NCBI RefSeq assembly: GCF_006345805.1
Contig: NC_042998.1
Coordinates: forward strand, 139,500,001 to 139,564,000
Source of the DNA: Octopus sinensis
Lineage: Eukaryota
Length of the DNA stretch: 64,000 nt
Direction: 5' to 3'
Both the position numbers and the translations under genes were made by a program. The notes under the pieces are model-generated. The model was not told where the DNA came from. It ran no database searches and saw only the letters and a program-made list of their open reading frames with translations. This document shows, piece after piece, positions 13,313-28,500 of this stretch. The stretch's first letter is position 1, and every line of letters begins with the position of its first letter.

Positions 13313-14743
13313 TACACGCATACATATAAACGTATACATACAAACACATACATGTGTGTGTATCATTATCATAATTTAACGTCCACTTTTCCATGCTCGC
13401 ACGGGTCAGACGGAATTTTGTTGAGGCAGATTCCCTACAGCTGGCTGCCCTTCCTCTCACCGACCCCCACTTGTTTCCAAGCAAAGTAATATCCCCGCCC
13501 CATCCTTAGACATATTTATCATAAAAGGTTGGAAATGAATAATATCACTTTTATGACAGTGATACTCATTTACAACCATCAGATGATGTCTAGACAAGGT
13601 GCACACGCACATACACACGTTACTATGATCTTTCAGTTTCCGCCTGCCAAATCTATTCACAATGCTTTGGTTGGCCAAGACCTATAGCTAAAGGCACTGT
13701 CCCAAGGTACTGTACAGCAAAACCAAACCCAAGACCACATGGTTGGGAAGCAAGCTAATAATGATGGAACATATATAGTGTCTTCTACTATGACTCTGGG
13801 CCACCCAAAACCTTGTGAGTGAATTTGGTAGACAGAAACTTGAAAAAAGCCATCATTACCAGGATCATGATCATCATCTTCACCACCATCATCATCTTTT
13901 AATGTCTGTTTTCCATACTAGCCCAGATGGGTTGACAGGATCTGACTGGTATGAGGACTGCATTGTAGATCAGTATCTGTTTTGACGTTGTTTCAACTAC
14001 TGGATTCACTTCCTGATACCAGCCACTTTACTGAGTGTTCTGGGTGCATTTTTTATGGCACCTGCACTAGTGAGGTCACTTGCGAGACTAAAATCTCCTA
14101 CAACTGAGTGAGGCTACAGTAGGGAAGTTGACAGCTCTATGCTATGTGATGAATGAAAAGTTAATGTATGGAAGAGGACAGAACAGAATGAGTTTCTTGC
14201 TGTAGAGAAGCTGCTATATGGCTTCTCACATTATAGAAAAGTTGGTAGGAATAACTGGAGTAGAGCCAGAAAGAAAAAAGTAGTGGTGATGGGATGTCAA
14301 AGTGAACTCTCAAAGTAGAAGGTGAGTAGAAGTGGGGCACAGAACATGGATTGTGGGTGGGTAGAAGTTGTAAAAGTATATGGGAGAGGGTGATAGATGG
14401 TCAGAGATGGGGAATGCGTGAGGTGACGAACATAATGAATAAAAAACAAGGGATAGGGATGATAAATATATCTTAGAGTTAGTAATTCCTTCATTAGTTC
14501 TTCGGTAAGTTCGGTGAAATTTGTGCTTCGCTGAAGAGGTCATAATAAAACCAAAACGTATGCAAAGTTGTTTTCCGTACTTTCAGAAATAATGTAAATA
14601 GTATGGAGCTAATGTTGCTTTTTTTTTTTATCCTCCCCTGCATTAATATTTCTAATTAGATATTTGCTACTATCTACATGAAATCTGTTTACATTTACAT
14701 CCCTATGACAAATTCGTGTCGAGTAGTTGAAAACAAATCAGAA

Positions 14744-14786
14744 TACGCATGCGTAGTAAATCATCACCATTCTATGGCATGGCGGC
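14744..14786 (+). promoter_or_regulatory. Putative CEP120 core promoter motifs
   Basis: Palindrome TACGCATGCGTA (NRF1-like) at 14744-14755 and ATGGCGGC (YY1-like) at 14779-14786, 70-110 bp upstream of the ATG in a locally CpG-containing patch. Motif match only. Confidence 0.45.
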
Positions 14787-14856
14787 TGTTTTCAAACAAC
14801 ATACTATTTCATTTATGGCATAAGTTTTCGCTGGGTTGCTCTAAATCAACACAGAC

Positions 14857-14899
14857 ATGCCTGAAGAACGTTATTTGATTGTTGTTTCCATACTGGCAG
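14857..14899 (+). CDS. CEP120: CEP120 exon 1
   Basis: [14 protein letters not shown]+G, donor gtaata. Confidence 0.88.
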
Positions 14900-17800
14900 G
14901 TAATATCTTCATTGTAAATTACTACTTTTTCCTTCCTTAATGGTTTCTAACTCGGTTAAGTGGTTGAAAGTTTATTATTTTGGGGCTTGACCGGATCCAT
15001 CTGTAGTTTTGTCATGTCTGGTCTCGTTTCGTGATTGTTATTTAGAATCGCTATAGCAATAGCATTATAAAACTATATAGATAGATATATGAATATATAT
15101 TACTGAAGCCGGTTTTATAAATGAAAATATAACTACAATGTTAGTTAATTAAAAAATCAAGTAATTTAAACAACGACTAAACTCCCAATAAGTTCGTTTT
15201 ATCAAATTTTTGACACATCAGGAACTTGTTTTGGAAACTTGGCCGTTCCTATGTTAAATTGTCATGAATGGACAAGTTGATTATATATATATAGTTGTTC
15301 TAAATTAATAACCATGTTTTTTCCAGTTGTAATTTAGTTATATTTTCATAGATACCAGCCCAATGTTAATTAATTTCTTTAAATTGATATAAAACGTCAA
15401 TGCTATATTATAAACAATGCAATGTTTATAATACAGAGTAGCGCTCGGATTACTCACGTTCTTTGCAAAATTAAATGAATTTTTACTGATATACTGACAG
15501 ATGTGTATTTATAAGGTTTCTGTTTTACTTTTCCCTATTCTACTCTTATAAATTCACTATATAGATATGTTAGTTATTTAACCAGAAATATGGACACTTC
15601 GATTTCAAAAACAGTGAATTAAATAAACAACTAAATATAATTATATGTAGCAATTTGAGGAAATCGTTGCCTTTCCCCCTCTTTATAGGAAGCAGGAATA
15701 TTTTAGTTATTCAAACACAATTTCTACATGGTTAGTAATAGGATTGTTTGCGATTCTTCACTTGTCTCTATAATGCTCGTCCCAAGTTTCACATTTTACC
15801 TTATAGTTCTGCTAATAACTTTTTATATGAAATAATACTATCTTAGGTATTATTTTTATATGAAAGATATTTTCCGTTGTGTTCAATATATTAAGCTTTA
15901 TTTTTACTATTGAAAGCTCAACAAAATCGTATCAAAACAGTTCAATATCTTCTAAATCAGTGTTTTTCAACCGGGGCTCATATGACCCTTGGGGGTTCAT
16001 ATAAGATTTTGCTGTTCGAATTTGTGCAATAAATTGGTTATACTTCTTCAAGACACAAAATATTTTAACAATTTTTAAAATACAATTCCTAATAATATTT
16101 AATTATACATATGCAATTATATTTTTTTAAACATTGAATGGCTATAAGGGTCCACCTGAATACAATAGGAATCGAAGGGGTCTATAGGCAAAAAATGGTT
16201 GAGAACAACTGTTCTAAATTTTAACCACGTATTACTTTTTCACTCGTTATGAGTCATCCACTATATGTTTTTTAGCAACAAAATCTCCTCTCCTGTATTC
16301 AGTCAATGTATTTGATCCTCAGCGTTGACTTAAATTTTTGCTATCACCATATCAATATATGCATGCATGTTATTTCATGTTCCAAAAGAAAATATTTATC
16401 AAAGGTTCATTGGTTTATATCTACTATGTTATCTTTGGGGAGTTTTTGAATACCTATCCCCTGAAGTCCTATATCTGATGGGAAAGGAAGAAAGCAGATT
16501 TCCTCCTTCATTTTCTCCAGTATTTCTGTATTCCGCATAATAAAAATTACAATTTTGAAAAAAAATATTTACCAAACATTTTAATATTTTTTTTTTTACA
16601 TTCCTGCCTCCACCTTCCATACCATTTTGTGTAAGCTATAAGATTTTGAGAGTTAGCTATTCCAAAACTCCACAACTGTCTTTACTTACACTTTCAAGGC
16701 AAGCTCCATCACATATATAACCAAACTATGATAGTTTATTTGAGAATATTACAATAAAGATTTAGAACAATTCAGTGAAACAACAATTTACCAAAGTAAA
16801 AAGAAAATGGTGAAAGAAAGCAATAAAGAAAAAAAAACAGACAGAATATAAATAAATAAACAAAATAAGTGGCATGCACACTCCTTTAGTTATACATCAT
16901 ACCAAGAGACACCAGTATTCTTTTCTAAAAAATTAGAGGCAAATACATGGCACTACCATGTTGGGGAGACTGAGGTACTGGAACAGCCAAGCTCTCTCCT
17001 GAGCTTCAGTGAGATGGGGTAACTATCAAACACTTTTTTTGTAAGTGGTTTCCTTGAATGTCTTAAAAACCACAGGTTGCAAAATGTAATTTTACTAACA
17101 GATAACAGTATTTCATAACCAAACACTTTCACCCCTTGAATAGAAAAGTAGTTGGTCATCTTTAGTATGTGGCTCAGTTTGACAAAGTTTCCATTAGGTG
17201 TTTAGTGTACCAATTTTTGCATTGATTACAAAGTACTGAAGTTCCTATGATTCCTTCTTTCTACAAAATGAGACCACTTCTCTACTGTATCTTGCTACTA
17301 GTTAATACTTATTTCTTCTTCATCATTATCATCATATGCCTGCTATCTGTCCTTGGATTATCACAGTCCAAATCATTTCTTATTTGGAGTTACTGCCCGT
17401 CTTGCATGGATTAGATGACCACATTTTGTTCATACGTTTCTGCCCTTCCTACCATCAGTCACTACACAGAGTGCACTGTGTTTGTTCTTGTCATTGCCAC
17501 AGAGAGTTTGTCATGATCTCCACAAGACTAAAGATTCATCTCTACCATATGCTGTCTCTAATCATTTGCTAACTACTTTACAAAGTGTAGCGGGTTTAGT
17601 TTTATTGTAGCACCAAAGATGTTGACGTGTTCTCAACAAGATTAAATGTTTGTCTCTACTCTATGCTAACCTACCCCCACCCTCTCTTCACATCTCTTAA
17701 CCACTATACACAGTGTACTGCAATTCTTTTCATCCATATAAAACTGAATTTTTGGATATGATATTTCATCTTATCAATCATGAAAACTTCTGCAACAGTT

Positions 17801-20800
17801 TCTAATTAATTTATTTTCTTACATAAGCCAATCTGTGATATACTTAATATTGCATCTTAATACTATAGTCACTACATAATGAGTCTGTTTTACATGGTTA
17901 TCAGAGACCTCCATTTATGAAATTTATTTCTTATTGTATTTTACAGAGTACAATAAAAAAATTGATCTTATAAATTGAGTGCTCCAAAAAGCTTATATTA
18001 CTAAAAACCTAACTTATTACCAATCTCTCATTAGGGTTAGGATTTTTTGAATTTTGTAATCAAGATGAACATGATTAACATTTTACTTTCCATATTGATT
18101 TACCTTGTTATGTGGTTTGACACAAAGTTATCAGTTATTTAAAATAATATGTACTACAGACTTTTCATGTAGGGGTTGGTGTTAGGAAGGGCATCCAACT
18201 ACAGAAACCAAATCAAAAATGAAACTCACAAGTGCAAGGTGGTCTTCTATCCCACCTAGATGAGTGGCATCCTTGAATATGTGCTAACTAAAACTGTGTT
18301 GATTCATCCAACCCAAGCCAGTAAGGAAACAATATAAAATGATGATGTTGATGATAAGGATGCTAATGATGATTTCTTATGTTTTCATACTCTTCAGGAT
18401 TCTGCTATAAAGTTGAGACTGCTGCATAGTTTTTATGTGGAATTAATAACTGGGAAAAAAAATTGTTTTTAAGATTTTTTTCTTACAAGATTCCAATATT
18501 ATATATCTTTTTTTCCATCAGGTCGGAGTTTCCCCAAAAGGCCCCACCATAAATTGATAATAGATGCTAAATTTGATGGCGAACTTCTCTCGACTGATCC
18601 TGTTAATCATACTAGCAAGCCAAGTATAACACAAGAGTTGGCATGGCAATTAACCAAAAAAGGACTTCAGCAACATCGCTTACACCGCAGTTCCATGAAA
18701 ATTCAGTGTTATGCTTATGATACCCAAAGTACAGTGAAAGAGATGATTGGCTATGTTCTACTTGATTTTCGAGCTGCTACCATGAAGCAGGTTTGTAAAA
18801 AGAATTAAATAAATGTAATTTTTTTTTCATATAGAAATTTCATATCTGAAATTAAATGTTAGGTATAGGTGTGGCTGTGTGGTAAGAAGTTTGCTTCCCA
18901 ACCACGTGATTCTAGGTTCATCCTACTGTGTAGTATCATGGGCAAGTGTCTTCTACTGTAGCCTTGAACCAATTGAAGTGCTGTGAGTGGATTTGGTAGA
19001 TGGAAACTGAAAGAAGCTTGTCATATATGTGTCGTTCTCTGTGTCTGTGTTTGTCCCCCACCACTGCTTGACAACTGGTGTTGGTTTGTTTATGTCCCTA
19101 TAACTTAGTGGTTTTGCTAAAGAGACAGACAGAATAAGTACCTGGCTTAAAAAAATAAGTACTGGGGTTGATTAGTTTGACTAAAATTCTTCAAGGTACT
19201 GCCCCAGTACGACCACACTGAAATGACCGAAGCAAGTAAACAATACAAGTTAATTTTTTTAACTATGTTTTTTTTTTCACTTCTAAGTCATTCTTCAAAA
19301 TTCCATTTATCATAGAACAAATGCTCATTCTTTATTATAACTATCTTCTCTTTTCTACAATGTGTTTTAATGTGAATATGTAAATTTTAATGCAATTTTT
19401 ATGAGTTACTTTCCTTGTATCATAAGGAAATTTCTCTGTCTTCTAGATAATTTTATTTTAACCATTTAGCATTTAAACCAGCCATATCAGGACCAAATAT
19501 GCTACCTGTCTTATATTCAAACTGGCCATATCTAGCTTTTCACACTTGCCTTACAATATTATTCTAAAAATAAACACTCACTTCATTGAAATTTCAAAGA
19601 TTTTTGCAAGATTTTTCAATTAACTTATGAATTATGAAACTTTTTTTAATACTCTTGGTGTTATTTATTTTTATTCAGGCATCAAAGTGGTATCCTCTAC
19701 TTCACTGCAAATATATGAAATCGAAACCTGAACTCCAACTTGGTCTCTACCTTGATCATGATGTGGACGAAGTCAAAAAGATTGAAGAGATGCAAACAAG
19801 TATTCTTGACATTTTCTTTTGTTAATTTATTCATCAAAGGATGGGTGATGGTTAGTGGGTGAAGCAATGGAAAATAAATACTCACCATTAACCACACCTC
19901 TACCTGTGCTCACCATTCACTGCATTCACCTCTATCCCCATCTGTCTTCCATTTATCTTATACTCACCTTCCTGTAACTTCATGGTATGCCCTAACAACT
20001 CATCATCACCATCTTTTTGTATATCTTTGTATGTCTTCTACAACCAGACACCTGTTCCTATCCCTCTATCAGAGTTTAGTCTCTCATCTACTGGTATAAA
20101 GCCACCGCCTTGATTCTACAACTCTACTCAATTGTGAGGTATTTTCTTGTGAGTTACTCAGTGATTTCATTTGTGCCAGTGCATTCTTTTAAGTGGTTGG
20201 CATGTATTGTAAATAATTATCTGGCTTTACCAGAAGTTCATTTACGTCACTGAGGAATTTAACAGAGCAAATTATATAGAATAACTTTACATTAAGGAGT
20301 GGAAAATACAATTTCCTGTAATTTAGATTGCCAAGGCATCCAGTCGTGAAAAACATGTCAAAGCAGACATTGGAGTTTGGCACAGTCCTTTGACTCACCA
20401 GCACCTGGCAATCCATCCAAATCTTGCCAGCATGAAAAACGGATGTTTAGCAATGATGATAATCAACCTAAGTGCTTTTTGTTATTTCATTAAATCCCAC
20501 AACAGCTTGTTGGCGAAGTTCCTTTTTCTTATACATTATCATTTGTAATGGAGTCTTCTATTTTGGAGAAAAAGAGCACAAGCACACGTGATGTTGGCTG
20601 TAATATCCTCATTTCACATCCGCTTTTGTTGGATGTTGTTAATTTCCAGGTTGCCAGTCTTCTGTTGAAAGCGTGTCTGACCATTGGGCAATAATATTAC
20701 CTTACTATGGAAACAAATGAGGGTTGGTGACAGGAAGAGCATTTGGCCATAAAAAAATCTGCCTCAACAAATCCTGTCTGATCCATGCAAGCATGAAAAA

Positions 20801-23331
20801 GAGGACTTTAAAATGATGATGCCAATTGTGTACATGTGAAAGAGTAAAAGACATGATCTGAAATATGCTTGTGTACTACTTGTATTTATATTCATAATTA
20901 AATTATTATATCATTTTGTTTATTACAGATCTAACAACCAATCTACGTCCTATTTTAGATGAAACTGGTAGCTTCTATCAAATTGGCCCAGTTGATTGTT
21001 GTCAGGATATATTCATACTAGCTGTCACCATTGTTTATGCATCTAACCTTGCACTTGTAAGCTGCTATTACTATTACTACTACTTTCTAAAACTTTATTG
21101 TTACAGATACAAATAAGATTGTTATTTATTTTTGAACACAGAGATGCTGTTAGAAAATAAATTATCTATATTTTGTTATTTTTCTGTATACTTTCTTTAT
21201 ATACATTTGGAAACATCTGTTTTATTTACTTAAAAAATTTTTTTTATTTTTGCCAAAAGTTGATCCCTGCGGCCATCCCTCTACCTGATAATTCCAGTGG
21301 ATACAGTTTTTATTATTCCTTATTTGGAAATAATGTCTGCAGTGAGACCTTCACTGATTTGATCAACCCAAAATTTGTGCCTGAGAGAGCATCTGTGAAG
21401 ATCCGAAGCAATCTAGATGTTTTATGTCTCTTCTTTGCAAACCAACCTGGCATCCAGGTAAGTCATAGATCAGTGGTTAACATTGGTTTATAGTTTCTTA
21501 AATTGGTTAATATATCTTTTAAAGCAGTGGTTCTAAACCATTTTTTACCTATGGACTCCTTTGGTTACTATTTATTCTGGTGGACCCCTATAGCCATTTA
21601 ACGTATAGAAACTAGTTTTATAGATACTGCTTTCAAAATTCCTATTTTGTTTTTCACATGTTGACTCGTGTAGGTTTGCAACAGCACTCTCTGAAAGAAC
21701 ATGTTTCAGTGGCTGGAGACCTGTTAAACTATGTAAAACATTAGAGAAAGAGACCTAGTTATTTCTTACAATGAATACATCTAATGAACTTTTAAAGTCC
21801 TACTGTGGATCTCCAATTTACTATTTGCTTGCATGGCCCCAACAGAATTTTATGTGGAGTACCAGGGGTCACATGAGCACTGGTTGAGAACCACTGCAAA
21901 GCATTAGGAAAGGCATCCAGCTGTAGAAACCATGCCAAAGCAGACACTGAAGTTCAATGCAGTCTTCTGACCTGTCAAATCCTGTCAAGCCAGCTAGCCC
22001 ATGCCAAGATGGAAGACATGTTAAAAGATGACAACAGCTATGATGATCCTTCAAAGCTAAAATATGGTAGCAAGTTGGTAGTCATTAGTGTTGGATAGAA
22101 TACCTTGCAGTATTTGTCCCAACTTCCTATGCTCTGAATTCAAATCCCACCTAAGTCAACTTTACCTTTCATCCTTTAGGAGGTAATGAAAATATACCAA
22201 TCTGAGGCAGTGGATTAATAGAATTGTTAGAGCATTGGATTAAATGCTTTGTGGTATCTCTTCTGGCTAAAAAAAAGCCTCCAACAAATGTATATTTTTT
22301 AAAAGATATGAGTAGCACATTTGAAATTTGAACTGATTCTGTTAAAAATTGATGCATTATCAGGTGAGAATTATTAATTACATTTACTTCTAGAGGTGAC
22401 ATTTAAATAACTGCAAGAGGACATCTAGGAGTGACTACGTAGGTGGTCCTTGAGCTCTTAGAGAACTAAATGGTCTGAAATACTTGTTTGACAGTTCTTC
22501 CTCTGAAGATTTCTCCTGCTGTCTGCCCACCCCATAGCGATTTTCTGCTCACTGTTTCTTTTGTGATTCTGTTTCAGGTTCATTTTTGTTGTGAGGATAT
22601 ATCGTTTGGACATTGTGAAGTACCTTTAAATACTTTACTGAAACCAGGCAGCACTGAAATCTTCATGCGACCAGTTGTTTTAGAGGGTGATTACACGGTG
22701 AGGCTAAAATACAATTTCTTTGCAGTTCTGCCCATCTACCATAGTTAATAATTAAATAATGTAATATATATATATATATATATATATTTGGCAATTTACC
22801 TCAATGATTTGTCTATCTACTGCAAGAGGGTCGACCAACGAGAGTTAAGTCCCTTCCTCAAATATATAATGAAGAGTATCGGTGAGAGGATATGAACTGT
22901 GAATCTTTTTTTGGCCAGTAAATTAATATTTCTGATTCAGAAAGTTGTTACTATCATGGCTAAGTGGTTAAAAGGTTTGCTCCTCCAATACCACCTCCCC
23001 TCTCAAAGTATCCTTGTCTTGCAAGTTACTTGGTGACCCTGCCAGTGCTGGTGCCACTTAAAAAGATTCATTCCACACTGTAAAGTGGTCGGTGTTTGGA
23101 AAGGTATCCATCTGTAAAAACCATGCCAAACTGACCTTGCCTGTGCTTGTGCCACGTAAAAAACACTCAGTCCACTCTGCAGAGGGGTTGGTGTTAGGAA
23201 GGGTATTCAGCCATAAAATCTCTGCCAAAACAGACACAGAAGTCTGGTGCAGGCTCCTGCCTGGGCAGCTCTTGCCAAACTGTGCAACCCATGCCAGCAT
23301 GGTAGGAAGATGTTACCTGATGACAATATAT

Positions 23332-23368
<37 letters not shown>

Positions 23369-25470
23369 TATGTGCACCAAGGGTTTTCACAGTTTCCTTC
23401 TACCAAATTCACTCATAAGGCATTGGTCAACCCTGAGCTATAGTATGAAGACATTTGACCAATGTGCTATGGAGTGGGACTGAACCATGAAACCACATAC
23501 TTGCAAAATGAGCTTCTAAATTCAGTGTGACTTTCGGACGTAGAAGGAAAAAGTGGTTCCCTGGAATGGTTGATAGTGAAAAATGGCTAAAATTTTGTTT
23601 TTAGTTCAGCACCAAAAACAACTTTAGAATCACTTCTTTGAATAAATAAGCAAAATAATATAACAAAATCAAATTTGAGGTAGCTGTGTATAATTTTGAT
23701 GTAATTTATTTCTGATTTGTTACAGCTTTTAACTCCAAATAAAACAAAAGTCTCCACTGACTCACCTCCTGTGGTTGGTATCTCAGTTGCACTCTGGAAA
23801 GAAGAAATGGTGATTATGGATTTTTTAAATTAAATATTACTAATGTTTTGTTTCCTTCTTCATCACTTTATTTTGCTGGCCACCTTTAAATAGGTGATAG
23901 CATGATTCAGCTTATTCTTTACATGCTAGCATGTGTTAGATGTGAAGTTATTTGAGGCAGGATTTTGTTGGTGGATGTTCTTCCTATAGTGAAACTCTTA
24001 CCTATTTTTTTCAGGTAAAGGATTTTTTTTTTATTTTACAGTTCTTTGAAAGTGCATAGTTGTCAGTCATAATGTCAAACATGAATGTCAACATTGTTGT
24101 TATCACAGTTTCACTCAAGTGGTGACAATTGGGGAATATCAACATTCACAAATATTTGCACGTGCTAACACTTATACACATGTAAGCATCATCATTTAAC
24201 ATCCATATTCTATGCTGGCATGGTTTGACAGGATCCAGTAAGCCAGAGGACTGTGTCAAAATCCATTGTCTGCTTCATCATGGTTTCTATGGCTGGTTGC
24301 CCTTCCTAATGCCAATCACAATATAGAGTGTACTGGGTGTTGCTTTCTTTTGTGGGACTGGCATTAATGAGGTCACCTAGTAACTTGCAAGACAGGGCCC
24401 TCCTCGTGGAGGTGCAGTATTGAGAGAGGTGGATTTGTGCCAGGTGTGCCATTGAAAAAACTGCCTCAACAAATTCCATCTGAATCATGCAATCATGGAA
24501 AAGTGGACATTAAAACAATGATGACGATGATGATGCCATACAAACACACAGCAGGCTGCCTGAAGGCTCTGTCTACCAGTTACACTCATAAGGCATTAGA
24601 CAACCTGAAGCTATAGTAGACAACATTTTCCTACAGGTCAATGTAGGAAAAATGAACTGAAAACTGCATAGTTGCGATGGAAAATTCTTAACCACATGGC
24701 CATGTGATAGGTATAGCCTATCACACACACACACACACACACACATGTAGTTTCTGTCTGTATAATTTTAGTCTTAAGTTTTGGCACAAGGCCAGTAATT
24801 TTGGGGAAGGGATAGTGCTTAACTGGTTCTTATTTTATTGATTCTGAAAGGATGAAAGGCAAAGTTGACCTCGGTGGAATTTGAACTCAGAATGTAAAGA
24901 GGGATGAAATGCCACTAACCATTTTGTCTAGCATGCTAATGATTCTGTAATGATTCTCATCGCCTTCTCTGTATAATTTTACCTATACAACTGTGAGCTG
25001 TCAAATTGTATGTCCTAACTTCTTCAGTATTTGTACCAATAAGGTTTTAGCATTAATTTCTATTTATATATTTCCAGAAAAATGTGAAAGAAGTTATAGA
25101 CCAACAACAAACAGTTTCAGAAGCACCAAAAAAATCAACAGAAATCAAATCTGATGTAAACTATTCTGATACTTTTGAAGACAAAACCAGTTTGGATCCA
25201 AGCAGTTTACAAGAATCTCAAAATAGTGAATATGAAACTTATCTAATTTTCATCATTCATCATTATCCTCATCATCTTCATTTTAATCTCCATTTTTCCA
25301 TGCATCCATGGGTCAGATAGAGTTCAGTAAGGAAGATTTTCTACAGCTTGAAGTCCTTGCTGTTGCTAACCCTCACCTGTTTCCAAGCAAGGTAATATTT
25401 CCCCATGTTTCCACAGAAGAATGGAAATGAACAACACTGACTGTATTGAATTATCAGAGATTTTTTGATG

Positions 25471-25538
<68 letters not shown>

Positions 25539-28500
25539 ATACACACACACATATATACATACACACACACGCACTAGGCAATGAAGACAAAAGATAACAT
25601 TGGAGGGACAGGTTTTAACAAATGTATTAGTTTAATGCTTCAAAAAAGGAAGAGTCTTGACATTTTGGATGCTAGTTCTTCATCAAAAAAAACAAACAAA
25701 CTGAGAAATAGTTGAAAAAAAAAGGTTAGGGCCAGGTGATATTGCATGTATTCTATATACTCTACCTGTACTCTCCTTTGTCCCATACACATCACATGGC
25801 CATTGATATTGACAGCTGTTGTTTACTCTCCAATTTATCTGCCTCTTGCTATCCCTCTCTTCTATCCTCTCTAGTGACTGTGCTATGATAAAATGCACCC
25901 AGTACATTCTCAAATGTGATTGGTGTTTTGGAAGGATATTTGCAAGCAATGACCCAGCCAACCCATACCAACTTGGAGAGAACTTGTAAAATAGGGATGA
26001 CTATGATAATTATGATATTTACATGCATACATCATAATAACAAAAAAACGTTTTAGACAGAATAGACACAATTTTAGCAAAATTTCTCAAGTATATGTAC
26101 TTGATGCTTTTCAGCCAAAGAAACACAAAACCCGAAACCAGTTCTTGATGCACAAACCACTTCAAATACTCAAATTTCTTCCAAAAAAGATAATTGTGAG
26201 TAACGTTTATCTTTTTTTATATTGCTGATGTTGTTTAACTTGTCTTGAGGTAAATTAGAGTCAGTTTGCCTATTTTTAGAGTGTAGGGTAGCCTATAATT
26301 ATTAAATATTGTAGCCTATTGTTAGAGAGTATAGTAGACTGTTATAGAACATTGTAGTCTATTGTTAGAGATTAGGGCAGTATATTCAACAATTTCCGTC
26401 ATAATATTGGTTTCAAATTTTAGCACAAGGCCAGCAGTTATGGAGGAGGTGGCTAGACGATTACTAGTACTTACTAAACTAGTACTTATTTTATCAACCT
26501 CAGCAGAATTTGAACGCAAAATGTAAAGATGGACAAAATGCCACTAAGCATTTAGTCTGGCATGCTAACTATTCTAACAACTCTCTGCCCTCCACTTTCA
26601 TTTCCATCACAATACTGGTGCTTATTTCCTCTAGTAATGTAAAGAAGACCCTTGCAGTATATGAACTTACCTCATAGATAATGCCTAAAGGCATCTAGTC
26701 CATTGATGTATTGATTGTTTCAAGTTAATATATTTATAATAATTAATTTAAATGTGGTGTCTTTACATATGATAGTAGTGTCGGTACTACAGTAAAATAT
26801 TCTGTACAGTCTGTAAAGTGGTTGGTGATAAGCAGAGCGTTCAACCATGGCTTGTCTTTTTTAGTCAAACTGTCCAACCCGTGCCATGACAGCATGAAAA
26901 AAAAAAAAAGGATGTTAAATGATGATGATTAATATTGGGAGGAATGTTGTTTAATTTGATCTTGATCTGAATTTTATTACAGCACCATCATCATTGTCAT
27001 CAACATCAACAATTGTATCATCATCAGCAAAAGCAGTCCCAGCAAAAACAACAACAACAACAACAGAAGTTGAAAAGAACTCCAAGGGTAACAGCGAAAG
27101 TTCTTCCCAACCACATGTTGTTATTCCTGCTCAATTCCACCATTTCACATTCTCAATTGACCTCACCAGTATTGCTGGCAATCAGATTACAAATATCAGA
27201 CTGGTTTTCTTACGGTAAGTTTACTTTAATTTCAGCTGTTTGTGTTTGAAAAAAAAAGGGGAAAGCATGTGGGGCTAGGCTACAGGAAGTGAATCCTACC
27301 GCAGAAAATCTATTTCAGTGAATTCCATCTGGCCTGTGGAATCATGGAAAAGTGGACATTAAAATGATGATGATGATGTATCTTCTTTTGTCCTCTTTTA
27401 CTTGTTGTAGTCGTTGGACTGGGCCATGTTAGGGTACCACCTCGAAGGGTTTTAGTCAAACAAACTGACTTCAGTACTTATTTTTTCCTTTTAAGACTGG
27501 TCTCTCTTGCCAAATCACTAAGTTTTGTGGATGTAAACAAACCAACACTGGTTAAAAAAGCAGTGATGAGGTGACAAACATACATGTGCATTTCTGTCTA
27601 CCAAATTCACTCACAAAGCACTGGTCAGTGTGGGGCTATTGTAGATCATATTTGCTCAAGATGCCATGCTGTGAAATTGAACCCAAAACCATGTAGTTGC
27701 AAAGCAGGCTTCTTAACCACCCAGCCATGCCTGCACTTACATATATGTGTGTTTGTGTGTGTACATATATAATTAGTCTAACAAGAAAGCATGTGTACTT
27801 CTGATGATATCAAAACTGAATGAGAACCCAACTAGAGACAAAATCATAATTGATTGTTTGATCCAAGACACATCAAGCTAAGTGAAATTGTAGTTGTGGC
27901 CAGTGCCAGTGACATGTGAAAGATACCTGTACCAGTGGCACATAAAAGGCACCTGTGCCGGTGACACGTAAAAGACACTCAGTACACTCTGTGGAGTGAT
28001 TGGTATTAGCGGCGAGCTGGCAGAAACGTTAGCGCGCCGGACGAAATGCTTAGCGGTATTTCGTCTGTTGTTACGTTCTGAGTTCAATTTCCGCCGGGGT
28101 CGACTTTGCCTTTCATTCTCTCGGGGTCGATAAATAAAGTACCAGTTACGCACTGGGGTCGATGTAATCGACTTAATACCTATGTCTGTCCCTGTTTGTC
28201 CCTTCTGTGTTTAGCCCCTTGTGGGTAATAAAGAAATAGGTATTAGCTGTAGAAATCAAGCCAAAACAGACTGGAGCCTGGTGCAGTTCTCCCATTTACT
28301 GACCCTAGTCAAACTGTCTTACCCATGCCAGCATGGAAAACAGATGCTAAATGATTAGAAATATTACATTATATAGTATTAATTCATTTCTATGTTGTAT
28401 AATATTTTGTATGAAATAATTTCTATACTTCCTATTTTCAGTTATGTATATCCTTTCTTTGGAAGTGCTGCTCCAATTCTTACTCACCCACCTGTAAAAA

